Positions 37,454-46,446 of a stretch of DNA of 64,000 nt are shown one piece after another; the first letter of the stretch is position 1; each line of letters begins with the position of its first letter. Below the pieces are notes generated by a model. The model had not been told where the DNA came from, did no database searches, and saw nothing but the letters and a program-made list of their open reading frames with translations. The position numbers were made by a program, and so were the translations under genes. The stretch comes from Deltaproteobacteria bacterium (lineage in GTDB: Bacteria; Desulfobacterota; Syntrophia; Syntrophales; Smithellaceae), in the NCBI GenBank assembly GCA_021372815.1, contig JAJFTS010000040.1, positions 2,543-66,542 on the forward strand, read 5' to 3'.

Positions 37454-38431
37454 TTGAATTTTAATAAATTTCTGCGATATGTGTCAGCAGCGGCGATGGT
37501 GGCTGCGGCGGGATATTTTTTCTATGTGCAATTCAAAAATAACGCCGACGTGATAAGCGCTTATGATTTTACCGTCAATCCTTATTATATTGGCATATCG
37601 GTCATCTTCGGGATCCTGGCCCTGCTTGTCGGGCCTTTCGTGTGGCGGATTTACGTCAATGAATATCTTCCTCGCCATGAAAGATTAAATTTTTCTGAAA
37701 GTTACGCCCTTTACAGCACTTCGGCAATGTTTAAATACATTCCCGGGAAAGTATGGACCTACGCGGCGCAGATAGCGCTGATGTCGTCGAAGGGAATTTC
37801 CATGGTAATACTGCTTTATATCAATATGGTCAGTTTTATCTGTCTGTTTTTTGTTACGGCGCTATTTTTTTTGTATTACTATTTTTCTTGCATACTAAAG
37901 GCGGCCTGGGGATTTTCTGTTTTGATCTTCCTTTTATTAATCATTGCGGATGTTGTTTTTATCATATGGAACGATTCTGTCATCAATTATCTGATAAAAC
38001 CCGTCAACCGCTTGTTCAAAGTTAAAATTGAGCCGATCAAAACCAGAAAAACTATTTTTGTCTATACTCAGTTGCTTTACTTTCTGGCGTGTATTTTTTT
38101 GGGGATGGCTTTGTATTTTCTGGCCAGAGGAATAAATATCGATGTGTCGTTCAGCAATATATTTGCGATTATGGCGACAATTTCCATCTCTCTGGTCACG
38201 GGGTTACTTGCTTTTTTTACCGTTGGCGGGCTGGGTGTCCGGGAAGGAACGATGTTTTTTATGCTGAAACAGTTTTCTAATATGCAGGCCGCTTTGATTC
38301 TGCCGGTTGTGGCGCGTTTTTTGACGATAATTATTGAACTTTTGATGGTGATTGTTGCTATAATTATCGGAATGAAATATGGGTATTTCACCGCTTTTGC
38401 GAAAAGCAGGCAAGAAAATATTTTGCAATAG
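37454..38431 (+). CDS. flippase-like / lysyl-phosphatidylglycerol-synthase TM-region family membrane protein (UPF0104)
   Basis: ~8 TM helices and the GGLGVREG motif typical of the family. TTG start per the ORF track (ATG alternative at 37496). Confidence 0.8.
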   Translation: MNFNKFLRYVSAAAMVAAAGYFFYVQFKNNADVISAYDFTVNPYYIGISVIFGILALLVGPFVWRIYVNEYLPRHERLNFSESYALYSTSAMFKYIPGKVWTYAAQIALMSSKGISMVILLYINMVSFICLFFVTALFFLYYYFSCILKAAWGFSVLIFLLLIIADVVFIIWNDSVINYLIKPVNRLFKVKIEPIKTRKTIFVYTQLLYFLACIFLGMALYFLARGINIDVSFSNIFAIMATISISLVTGLLAFFTVGGLGVREGTMFFMLKQFSNMQAALILPVVARFLTIIIELLMVIVAIIIGMKYGYFTAFAKSRQENILQ

Positions 38432-38454
38432 AATTATGAATAGCAGGTTTTAAC

Positions 38455-39084
38455 ATGGGACTTATACAATTATTAATCAGAGATCCGCTGGCTTTCATCG
38501 TTTTGTCCATACTTCTTTTGTATGCCGTTATCTTTCACGAACTGGCTCACGGCTGGGTGGCCTATAAGATGGGCGATCCCACGGCGAAATGGCTGGGGAG
38601 GCTGACGCTTAATCCGCTCAAACATCTTGATCCTTTCGGATCGTTGATGCTTCTGGTTGTCGGTTTCGGTTGGGCAAAACCTGTTCCCGTAAATCTGGAG
38701 AATATTCCCGCTGATAAAAGACGCAAGGGGCTCATTCTGGTTTCGGCGGCGGGTATTACGGCCAATATCATCTGTGCCTTTGTCGCTTTTTTACTATTGA
38801 GACTTATTGCTTCCGAGCCATCGGGCATGGCGGAGCAGGTTCTTTTTATGTTTGCCCGGATTAATATAATCCTGGCGGCTTTTAATTTAATTCCGATTCC
38901 TCCGCTGGACGGCTCCAAAATTATTATGGGATTCGCGTCGGACTCGGTAAACAGATTTTTTAATCAGATTGAACCCTTCGGATTTTTTATTGTTCTAGGC
39001 CTGCTTTTATTAGGTCTTCTCGATCCTGTGATCAATCTGTTTCAAAATGTCATTCTGGCGTTTATTTCTGTTTTTTTGCCCTGA
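38455..39084 (+). CDS. site-2 protease (M50) family membrane metalloprotease
   Basis: HELAHG zinc motif in TM1 and a NLIPIPPLDGSK second motif. Confidence 0.87.
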   Translation: MGLIQLLIRDPLAFIVLSILLLYAVIFHELAHGWVAYKMGDPTAKWLGRLTLNPLKHLDPFGSLMLLVVGFGWAKPVPVNLENIPADKRRKGLILVSAAGITANIICAFVAFLLLRLIASEPSGMAEQVLFMFARINIILAAFNLIPIPPLDGSKIIMGFASDSVNRFFNQIEPFGFFIVLGLLLLGLLDPVINLFQNVILAFISVFLP

Positions 39085-39243
39085 GAAATGATAGTATCTC
39101 ACTCATAAAATGTCTCCCGTTGCTGCGGCGCATCCGGTATGCGCCGGCGTAAGCCGCCGTAGTTCAATAATAACATCACTGCCGAGTTGTCGGGAAAACA
39201 CTAATAATTTTAATTCAAAGCATAATATCAGGAGGTAATTGCC

Positions 39244-39813
39244 ATGATGACCTTTAAGGAGTTACTGGAAAAAAGAAGAGCCATCCGGGATTTTCAGGAT
39301 AAAAAAGTGCCGCAGAATATTCTGGAGGAAATTCTGCAGGAATCGACTCTGGCGCCTTCGGCCAGCAACGATCAGCCTTGCCGGTTTTCCGTCGTTAATT
39401 GTAAAAATACGATGAAGGCTCTCTCCGATGAAAGCAAGGCAAATCTTCTTGATGATTTTGTGAACAAGAAAACATCGCTTTCATCGAACTATGTGGATGT
39501 ACTGAAAGATAAAAACTTCAATGTATTCTATAATGCGCCCTGCGTGATTTACATCAGCGGATCGACCAGAGTGGGATCGCTTGACTGGGATTGCGCACTG
39601 GCGGCCAGTTATATCATGTTCGGTGCTGTGGAAAGAGGATTGGGCACCTGCTGGGTTCATCTGGGGTCGTATATCCGCGATCCCCAGTCCAAAGCCCTGC
39701 TGGGAATCCCCGACGGGTGCCGGATTGTCGCGCCGATTATTATCGGCTATCCGAAGGAGATTCCCGCCGCTTCGGAGCGCCACGTCCCGCAGATTCTCAA
39801 AGTAATCAGCTGA
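39244..39813 (+). CDS. nitroreductase-family protein
   Basis: LLEKRRAIRDF...APSASNDQP N-terminal motifs. GGAGGT SD. Confidence 0.88.
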   Translation: MMTFKELLEKRRAIRDFQDKKVPQNILEEILQESTLAPSASNDQPCRFSVVNCKNTMKALSDESKANLLDDFVNKKTSLSSNYVDVLKDKNFNVFYNAPCVIYISGSTRVGSLDWDCALAASYIMFGAVERGLGTCWVHLGSYIRDPQSKALLGIPDGCRIVAPIIIGYPKEIPAASERHVPQILKVIS

Positions 39814-39820
39814 GAAAAAT

Positions 39821-41488
39821 CTATAGCTGTTCGGTGAGATTTTTTAAACCGGCGGCGGGGTTTTCCCGAAAATGAAAACGGATGATTCGTCTTCCCGCAT
39901 CTTCAAGCGCCTGCCGGTCGCCCTGGGCCTGCGCGGCTTTGAGCGCGCCAAAGGTCAGAGAAGATTTGTCTTCGCCGATATGGTCGGGAATATCGATATC
40001 CAGAGGGTTGTCCTGCGTCAATTGAATAAATAATCCGTTGCCGGAATCGCCTTTGTGCAACTGGCCGGTTGAATGCAGGTAACGCGGTCCGTAACCGCAG
40101 GTTACCGGCAGAGCATACTTTCGCGAAACAGCTTCTCGCAGGCTATGGACTGCCTTGTCAATTTCCGCGGAAGGGCTCAAATATATTTGCAGACAGACAT
40201 AGTCTCCTTCCTTGCCTTGTTTTAAAAAATTCGTCAAAGCTTCAACGGGTGTCGTCCCGTTGATTTTGCCGAAGATTTCGCCTTGTTCGAACATCATCGC
40301 CGGTTTTTCATCGGTCATTTTTTTATTCTTATCCCAATCCGCAATTACGGTGCGGGTATGTTTCTTAGTCGCTTCCACGTCCGGCTGATCAAAAGGATTG
40401 ATATTTAAGAAATGCGCCGCAACGGCGGTGGCCATTTCCCAGAGGTACATTTGTTTACCCAGATCATAATCGTCATTAATTTTAACGGTAATGACAGGAT
40501 GGCCTTTGCTTTCCGGAATTTCCGGGTTTGAAAATCCGGCCTCATCCGGAGGGCGGAAAATAACAAAAACACGATCGTTGCCGTACTCGGTCTTGTCAGC
40601 AAGCGGTTCGTTCAGAACGGGCAGAATTCCTTTTCCCTCTTTGCCGGTGCTTTCCGCAATCAGTTGCTCCAGCCAGTCGCCAAAATGTTTCCAGCGGGGC
40701 GGCAGGATAAAAGTCAGTTTATCGCGACCGGACAGCGCCAGTGTGCCCAGAACAGCGCCCAGAGAGGCGCCGGTGACGGTCAGTTCTTCGGATTGTGAAA
40801 CAATTCCCTGCAGTAAATTCTTAACATCTACACCGATAATCGTTGCGGGAACTATTCCCGGCAGCGACAGCGCCGAATAACGCCCCCCGATATCGGGATT
40901 GCTGTAGAAAGTATAATGTGCTGAAATATCATCCGCGGTTTTCATCAGCGGACTTCCTTTATCGGTGATAAAAACAAACCGTCTTCCCGCGCTCTTTCCT
41001 GAATTTTTGAAAGCCAGGTTGTAAAAATATTTAAAGAGCGAGGTTATCTCCAGAGTCGACCCCGATTTCGATGATACCAGAAAAAGGGTGTTTCTCAGGT
41101 TAAGGTTTTTGGTAAGCCGGGAAATTGATACGGGATCGGTGGTATCCATGATGCGCAGCCGCGGATACGTCGTTTTACCGCCGAATATTTTGCTGAAGAC
41201 TTCCGCTCCCAGGGAAGAGCCGCCGATTCCCAGTAAAACAACGTCGTTAATGTTCTTTTCCCGGAATGGTTCAAAAATGGCGCGGATGTAGTTTATCTTT
41301 TCCAGTGTTTGGGCGGGTGCGATAAGCCAGTCGAGCCGGTTGACAATTTCATCCGGATTCGGTTTCCAGAGCGTGTGATCTTTAGCCCGGACACGCTCGA
41401 TTAAATTATCTTTGCGCATTTTCTCCCATGCGCTGTTTACGGCGTCCTGGTATTCTCCCAGAAAATAATCGATGCGTGTTTCGGTCAT
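39821..41488 (-). CDS. pgi: glucose-6-phosphate isomerase
   Basis: 555 aa. SIS-domain motifs GIGGSSLG and SKSGST(L)E. Adjacent to tkt. Confidence 0.9.
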   Translation of the reverse strand: MTETRIDYFLGEYQDAVNSAWEKMRKDNLIERVRAKDHTLWKPNPDEIVNRLDWLIAPAQTLEKINYIRAIFEPFREKNINDVVLLGIGGSSLGAEVFSKIFGGKTTYPRLRIMDTTDPVSISRLTKNLNLRNTLFLVSSKSGSTLEITSLFKYFYNLAFKNSGKSAGRRFVFITDKGSPLMKTADDISAHYTFYSNPDIGGRYSALSLPGIVPATIIGVDVKNLLQGIVSQSEELTVTGASLGAVLGTLALSGRDKLTFILPPRWKHFGDWLEQLIAESTGKEGKGILPVLNEPLADKTEYGNDRVFVIFRPPDEAGFSNPEIPESKGHPVITVKINDDYDLGKQMYLWEMATAVAAHFLNINPFDQPDVEATKKHTRTVIADWDKNKKMTDEKPAMMFEQGEIFGKINGTTPVEALTNFLKQGKEGDYVCLQIYLSPSAEIDKAVHSLREAVSRKYALPVTCGYGPRYLHSTGQLHKGDSGNGLFIQLTQDNPLDIDIPDHIGEDKSSLTFGALKAAQAQGDRQALEDAGRRIIRFHFRENPAAGLKNLTEQL

Positions 41489-41499
41489 TTAGTGAAACT

Positions 41500-41600
41500 C
41501 CAATTACGAAAGCGAAGCGCAGCGGAATTGGTAAATTGTAATGAGTCCCAAATTTTAGAAGCGTAGCGCATAACCTGAAGGTCATCTACGACTGAAATTT
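41500..41600 (+). repeat. two-module intercistronic hairpin repeat, copy A
   Basis: Module 1 hairpin is CCAATTACG-aaaGCGAAGCGCag-CGGAATTGG (41500-41531). Module 2 is GCGTAGCGCATAACCTGAAGGTCATCTACGAC (41561-41592), flanked by AAATTT/AAATTT. Both modules recur in the same order at 49112-49209. Confidence 0.5.
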
Positions 41601-41647
41601 GTTGGACGAACTATCCAATAGCCAAAGGATATTGGAAACTATCCCGC

Positions 41648-43705
41648 TCAGGTGCGATGAAGTAATTCCTGTGCCGCCGCGACAATTTTTTCCACGGTGA
41701 AACCGAATTTTTCATACAACACAGGACCGGGCGCGGACGCGCCGAAGGTTTCCATGCCGATGATTTTTCCCGAAATTCCCACGTAATGTTCCCAGCCGAG
41801 TTTGATACCCGCTTCCACGGCGATACGGGCGGATACCGTGGACGGCAGAACGCTCTCACGATATTCCCGGGGCTGGCGATCGAATATTTCCCAACTGGGC
41901 ATTGAAACAATTCTGACTTTAGCGCCGCTTTCCGCAAGTTTACGAGCGGCTGTCAGCGCCAGGGAAATTTCCGAACCGGTGGCAATTAAAATCAATTCCG
42001 GATTCGGGGTAGATTCCCAGAGAATGTATCCGCCTTTCTGTGTGCCGGAAGCCGCGCCGCAGATACTTCTATCCAGTACCGGCAGATTCTGGCGGCTGAA
42101 AACAAGCGTTGTCGGACCGACGGTGTTGGACAGGGCGAAACGCCAGGCTTCCCGTGTTTCATTGGCATCCGCCGGACGAATCACTGTCATGTTCGGTACC
42201 TGACGCAGATTCATGATCTGTTCCACGGGCTGATGCGTCGGGCCGTCTTCTCCCACACCGATGCTGTCGTGCGTAAATACAAAGATGGCGCGCAGTCCCA
42301 TCAACGCGGCCAGACGCATGGGGGGGCGCATGTAATCGGCAAAGGTCAAAAAGGTTGCCGTGTAAGGAATGAAACCGCCATGCAGAGCCATGCCCACGGT
42401 AATCGAGCCCATGGCATGTTCCCGGACGCCGAAATGGATATTACGGCCTTCATAGCCCCACGCGCCGCCTACCATGCCGTGCATGCCTTCTTTGGAGAGT
42501 TGGGGGCTTTGAAAATCGCCCAGACCTTTGAGCCAGGTAAAGCAGGAAGGGTTCAGGTCAGCCGAGCCGCCCATGAGCTCGGGAACTTTAGCGGCGAGAG
42601 ACTGCATGACCATTTCGCCTGCTTTGCGCGTGGCCAGATCTTTTGAACCGTTGGGGAATTCACTGAGCACTGCTTCCCAGTTATCCGGCAGATTGCCGCT
42701 GATGATGCGCACAAATTCCGCAGCCAAAGCCGGCTCTTTCTGCTTGTAAGCATTAAAAGATTCCTGCCATTGTTTTTCATATTTCTTTCCGCGGGAAAGC
42801 GCTTTGCGGAAAAATTTGTATACTTCTTCAGAGACGTAAAAAGGCGAATCCGCCGTCCAGCACAGCGCCTCTTTTGTTTTCTTCAGCTCATCCGCTCCCA
42901 GGGGCGAGCCGTGGGCGTCGCAGCTTCCCTGCTTGCAGGGTGCGCCGTATCCGATGGTGGATGAAACACAAATCAGCGAAGGTTTTTCGGTTTCGCGTCT
43001 GGCTTTTTTGATGGCCCGGTCAATGGCGGCAACGTCGTTGCCGTCGGCGACTTTCTGCACCTGCCAGCCGTAGGCTTTGAAACGCTGTTCGATGTTTTCT
43101 GTAGAGGAAAGCGCTGCTGAACCGGCCAGCGTGACCCTGTTATCATCGTAAAGAACAATCAGTTTTCCCAGACGCAGATGACCGGCCAGCGAGCAGGCCT
43201 CGGCAGCCACGCCTTCCATCATGTCGCCGTCTCCGGCCATGACATAAGTAAAATGATCGACTAATTTCTGATTTCCCCTGTTGTAGAGCGCCGCCAGATG
43301 CGCTTCGGCAATCGCCATACCCACGGCATTGGCCAAACCCTGTCCCAGGGGGCCGGTGGTGACTTCCACGCCGGAAGTGTGCCTGTATTCGGGATGTCCC
43401 GGTGTGCGGCTGCCCCACTGACGGAAATTTTTAATATCATCGAGCGTCAAATCATAGCCGGTCAGATGCAAAAGGGCGTATAAAAGCATGGACGCGTGAC
43501 CGGAAGAGAGAACAAAACGGTCACGGTCAGGCCATTGCGGATTTTTCGGGTTATGTTTCAGGTGCCTTGTCCACAGCGTAAAGGCGGCTGCGGCAGCGCC
43601 CAGCGGCATGCCGGGATGGCCGGATTTAGCCTTTTCGATCGCGTCAGCCGCTAAAAAGCGAATGGTATCGATGCATTTCTTTTCTAACATATTTTTGTCA
43701 GACAT
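41648..43705 (-). CDS. tkt: transketolase
   Basis: N-terminal [22 protein letters not shown], ThDP motif GDGDMMEG, 685 aa. Confidence 0.96.
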   Translation of the reverse strand: MSDKNMLEKKCIDTIRFLAADAIEKAKSGHPGMPLGAAAAAFTLWTRHLKHNPKNPQWPDRDRFVLSSGHASMLLYALLHLTGYDLTLDDIKNFRQWGSRTPGHPEYRHTSGVEVTTGPLGQGLANAVGMAIAEAHLAALYNRGNQKLVDHFTYVMAGDGDMMEGVAAEACSLAGHLRLGKLIVLYDDNRVTLAGSAALSSTENIEQRFKAYGWQVQKVADGNDVAAIDRAIKKARRETEKPSLICVSSTIGYGAPCKQGSCDAHGSPLGADELKKTKEALCWTADSPFYVSEEVYKFFRKALSRGKKYEKQWQESFNAYKQKEPALAAEFVRIISGNLPDNWEAVLSEFPNGSKDLATRKAGEMVMQSLAAKVPELMGGSADLNPSCFTWLKGLGDFQSPQLSKEGMHGMVGGAWGYEGRNIHFGVREHAMGSITVGMALHGGFIPYTATFLTFADYMRPPMRLAALMGLRAIFVFTHDSIGVGEDGPTHQPVEQIMNLRQVPNMTVIRPADANETREAWRFALSNTVGPTTLVFSRQNLPVLDRSICGAASGTQKGGYILWESTPNPELILIATGSEISLALTAARKLAESGAKVRIVSMPSWEIFDRQPREYRESVLPSTVSARIAVEAGIKLGWEHYVGISGKIIGMETFGASAPGPVLYEKFGFTVEKIVAAAQELLHRT

Positions 43706-43887
43706 ATAGTCTCCTTAAAAATAGAAGTTTCTTCATTTAGAACAAACACTCGATTATTGCACTAAAAATTAATCGTTTGTGATGTTTATTGAAAAAGATT
43801 AATGATTATGCCGCATTTCCCCGTAACTCGCTTTAATCATCACCGTCTTTTATTTCTATAGCACATATTACGGCAATATGAAAATAT

Positions 43888-43922
43888 TTGACAAAGAGAA
43901 TTAAAAAGAATACATTGTATTC
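43888..43922 (+). promoter_or_regulatory. promoter with overlapping palindromic operator for the RHH/RelE pair
   Basis: TTGACA (43888-43893), 17 nt, TACATT. The 7-1-7 palindrome GAATACATTGTATTC (43908-43922) overlaps the -10 hexamer. Confidence 0.45.
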
Positions 43923-43945
43923 AAATAAGAGTTGAAGGTGAGCCT

Positions 43946-44191
43946 ATGTCAAAAGTAGTTACTCTGCGATTAGATGATAACATTTATCATCTTTTCAGCC
44001 ACTATGCAAAAGATGATAATCGAACGCTGTCCAATTTTATTGAGACTGCCGCGAAAAAATATATTGAGCAGAATATTGAGTATGCGGATGAATATGAAAT
44101 GAATGAAATTAAAAGTAATGCCGGGTTGAATGACAGTCTCAAGCGAGGATATAAAGATGCTAAAAACAAAAAAGGCCGCTTTGTTGCCTGA
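43946..44191 (+). CDS. ribbon-helix-helix (CopG-like) antitoxin
   Basis: KVVTLRLDDNIYHLFSHYAKDDNRTLSNFIETAAKKYI (strand-helix-helix). Sits upstream of a RelE/ParE toxin gene. Confidence 0.8.
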   Translation: MSKVVTLRLDDNIYHLFSHYAKDDNRTLSNFIETAAKKYIEQNIEYADEYEMNEIKSNAGLNDSLKRGYKDAKNKKGRFVA

Positions 44192-44261
44192 TTATCATAG
44201 CAAGTTGCTTTCATCATTGAAAGCTTACTTGACATTATGCCGAGTTAAATAACTTAATTAT

Positions 44262-44543
44262 ATGACAGCTACCCGGTACAAGATATTTGAGACGGATGAA
44301 TTTATAAGCTGCATTGAAAGATTGCCGCGCAAAGATCATGAATTAATGAAAAAGAAACTGACGTCCTATGTATATCCGCAATTGAAACAGGAACCTCACT
44401 GGGGCGTCAACATAAAAAAGTTGCACGGCTACGATCCGGAAACATGGCGTTATCGAATCGGCAAATACCGGCTCTTCTATATTATCGAGAAACAGGTCGT
44501 CAGCATGATTTCCATGGATCATCGAAAAGACGCTTATAAATAG
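44262..44543 (+). CDS. RelE/ParE-family type II toxin
   Basis: 93 aa. C-terminal RYRIGKYRLFYIIEKQVVSMISMDHRKDAYK matches the RelE/ParE core pattern. Confidence 0.85.
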   Translation: MTATRYKIFETDEFISCIERLPRKDHELMKKKLTSYVYPQLKQEPHWGVNIKKLHGYDPETWRYRIGKYRLFYIIEKQVVSMISMDHRKDAYK

Positions 44544-44671
44544 AGGTGTTTCTTGATTGAATTGTCCTAATCCGGGAACTAATGGGTATTCAATTAAGTG
44601 TTGTGTCCCCTGAACTCATAACTGATGAATTGAGGGCAGCGAGAAATGAGCCGTCCCTCTCCAATGATTTG

Positions 44672-45139
44672 TTAGCCCCTTTTAGCTGCAATAATTGAGG
44701 TTATCCACGCTGTAATTATAGAAACAATAATAGTAACAGCTAAGCCGATTATTCCGTTTCTATTTTCGCTATACCACAGATCGGCTCTTCCCCTCCATGA
44801 GGACAGCTTTTCCGCCCGAATCAATCCATTTGGAAGTAGTTGCACTTTAAACATCGTGTCAAAACCGGAAGGTTGCACAAATTTAATGCAATCGTTTGCC
44901 TGCAATATAGACAATTCTTTTGATACCCTGCTTATATCCGTAAGAGGCTTGTCCATATATGAATCATTCGATCCCTTGTCAGCAGGATATATAACTTCTT
45001 TCCATCCGTTCTTTTGCCTCCAGTCACCTAATCTATGATGCGCAACCCAAGCTAATTCACCTGCCTTAAAGGAAATACTGTCGTCTAGCCTCGGCCAATG
45101 ATTATAAATTCCAAGTAGAATCTTATCACTTGTTTTCAT
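44672..45139 (-). CDS. hypothetical tail-anchored protein (soluble N-domain, single C-terminal TM)
   Basis: AAAGGAAT SD. C-terminal helix IIGLAVTIIVSIITAWITSIIAA. The central segment has a winged-helix-like pattern (weak call). AT-rich codon usage. Confidence 0.65.
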   Translation of the reverse strand: MKTSDKILLGIYNHWPRLDDSISFKAGELAWVAHHRLGDWRQKNGWKEVIYPADKGSNDSYMDKPLTDISRVSKELSILQANDCIKFVQPSGFDTMFKVQLLPNGLIRAEKLSSWRGRADLWYSENRNGIIGLAVTIIVSIITAWITSIIAAKRG

Positions 45140-45173
45140 TTGTATTCCTTTCCATATGGCCTAAACGCAGAAA

Positions 45174-45199
45174 TCAGCCGGAGCGAAGCGATCGGCTGA
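45174..45199 (+). repeat. hairpin with conserved GCGAAGCG loop (variant of module 1 of the repeat family)
   Basis: TCAGCCG-gaGCGAAGCGat-CGGCTGA. 7-bp stem, in the 70-bp spacer between two co-directional genes. Confidence 0.45.
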
Positions 45200-45209
45200 A
45201 TTGCCCTTG

Positions 45210-45671
45210 TTAGGTTTTATTTTTTTCAAGTTTTTTATAGCCAATTAAAAGAAGCACGATAAAAGCTATTAGCATAGATCCAAATTTTAATGGATCTGGC
45301 AATTCAAACCAATAGTGAAAATATCCATCAGATACACAAAAAATACCACCAAGCATAAGTCCTGTACCTGTTGCTTGAATTGAAAGAAATGCTCCAATAA
45401 TTATAGCTAGTATGCCTAAAGGGACGGCAACAAAGAATAAATGTTTAGAGAAGCGTTTGTTTTCCACTTCCCATCGTTTTTCTAGTTGATTTTTTTCAGC
45501 TTCCAATTTCTTTTGTTCTTCAGTTGTGGCTCTTTCATGTTTCTCGTAATAATTCTCACCTTGATAATCCTTCCATTTTGGTTCAGGGCTGAAAGTACTC
45601 ACGCCATAATGAATCATCATTGGGAAAATAATAGCAATGCCAAAACCTAGAGCAAATTTTTTAGCAAGCAT
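45210..45671 (-). CDS. hypothetical 4-TM membrane protein with a charged coiled-coil loop
   Basis: AAGGAGG SD. TM1, then the loop EKHERATTEEQKKLEAEKNQLEKRWEVENKR, then three TM helices. No recognisable family. Confidence 0.7.
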   Translation of the reverse strand: MLAKKFALGFGIAIIFPMMIHYGVSTFSPEPKWKDYQGENYYEKHERATTEEQKKLEAEKNQLEKRWEVENKRFSKHLFFVAVPLGILAIIIGAFLSIQATGTGLMLGGIFCVSDGYFHYWFELPDPLKFGSMLIAFIVLLLIGYKKLEKNKT

Positions 45672-46047
45672 TGGTGCCTCCTTTTTGATTTATATTAAAC
45701 CTAACATTGTTTATATGGATCGGTGCTACAATTTCTAAATTACGAACTAATCCCGCAATGCTTCGCATTTGAGATATCCCTATGTACTTCGCACATGGGA
45801 CAATTCAACTTACAAATATTACTGCACTATATTTGTAATATTTGAGTTTCATTGATTCGACCATCATATTTTATTACGCTGCGCTTCTGAAACATATGTC
45901 TCATTAACGCCGACAGCGCTGTCGGCATAATATCCCTTTACAATTTTGCACGGTGTTAAGCTAATAATGCAATATTAAAACATTTTCAACAATATTTTAG
46001 TATTTTAGGCGGGATGTTATCTGGATCGGAATAATATTCCAAACCAT

Positions 46048-46374
46048 TTACGAGAGATTTTCCGTTTCCTCATCCAGCCACTTCAAATATTCTTTGCTGC
46101 CTTTGACGATCGGAACGGCAATAATTTCAGGTGTTTCGTAGGAATGCAGTTTTTTGATGGCCGCCTCAACTTTTTTAAATAAAGATTCGTGCGTCTTAAT
46201 CAGGCACAGCCACTCGGCCGCTGTTTCGACTTTCCCTTTCCAGCGGTAAGTGCTTTCTATCGGGCCGGTAATCTGCACGCAGGCGGCCAGTTTCTGATCG
46301 ACCAGAGATTTGGCGATTTTTTGCGCCTCTTCTCTGGTTTCGGTGGTTGTAGATATCTGGATGTAGGATTTCAT
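46048..46374 (-). CDS. cutA: divalent-cation tolerance protein CutA
   Basis: LAACVQITGPIESTYRWKGKVE...YETPEIIAVPI, typical CutA1. The ATG 46374 start gives the usual ~108 aa. Confidence 0.88.
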   Translation of the reverse strand: MKSYIQISTTTETREEAQKIAKSLVDQKLAACVQITGPIESTYRWKGKVETAAEWLCLIKTHESLFKKVEAAIKKLHSYETPEIIAVPIVKGSKEYLKWLDEETENLS

Positions 46375-46446
46375 TAAGTTATTCTTTGTTTCTGGATTTA
46401 CCCTAAAGGGCACTTCGCCCGCCTTCGCGGGAATGACAACAAATAT

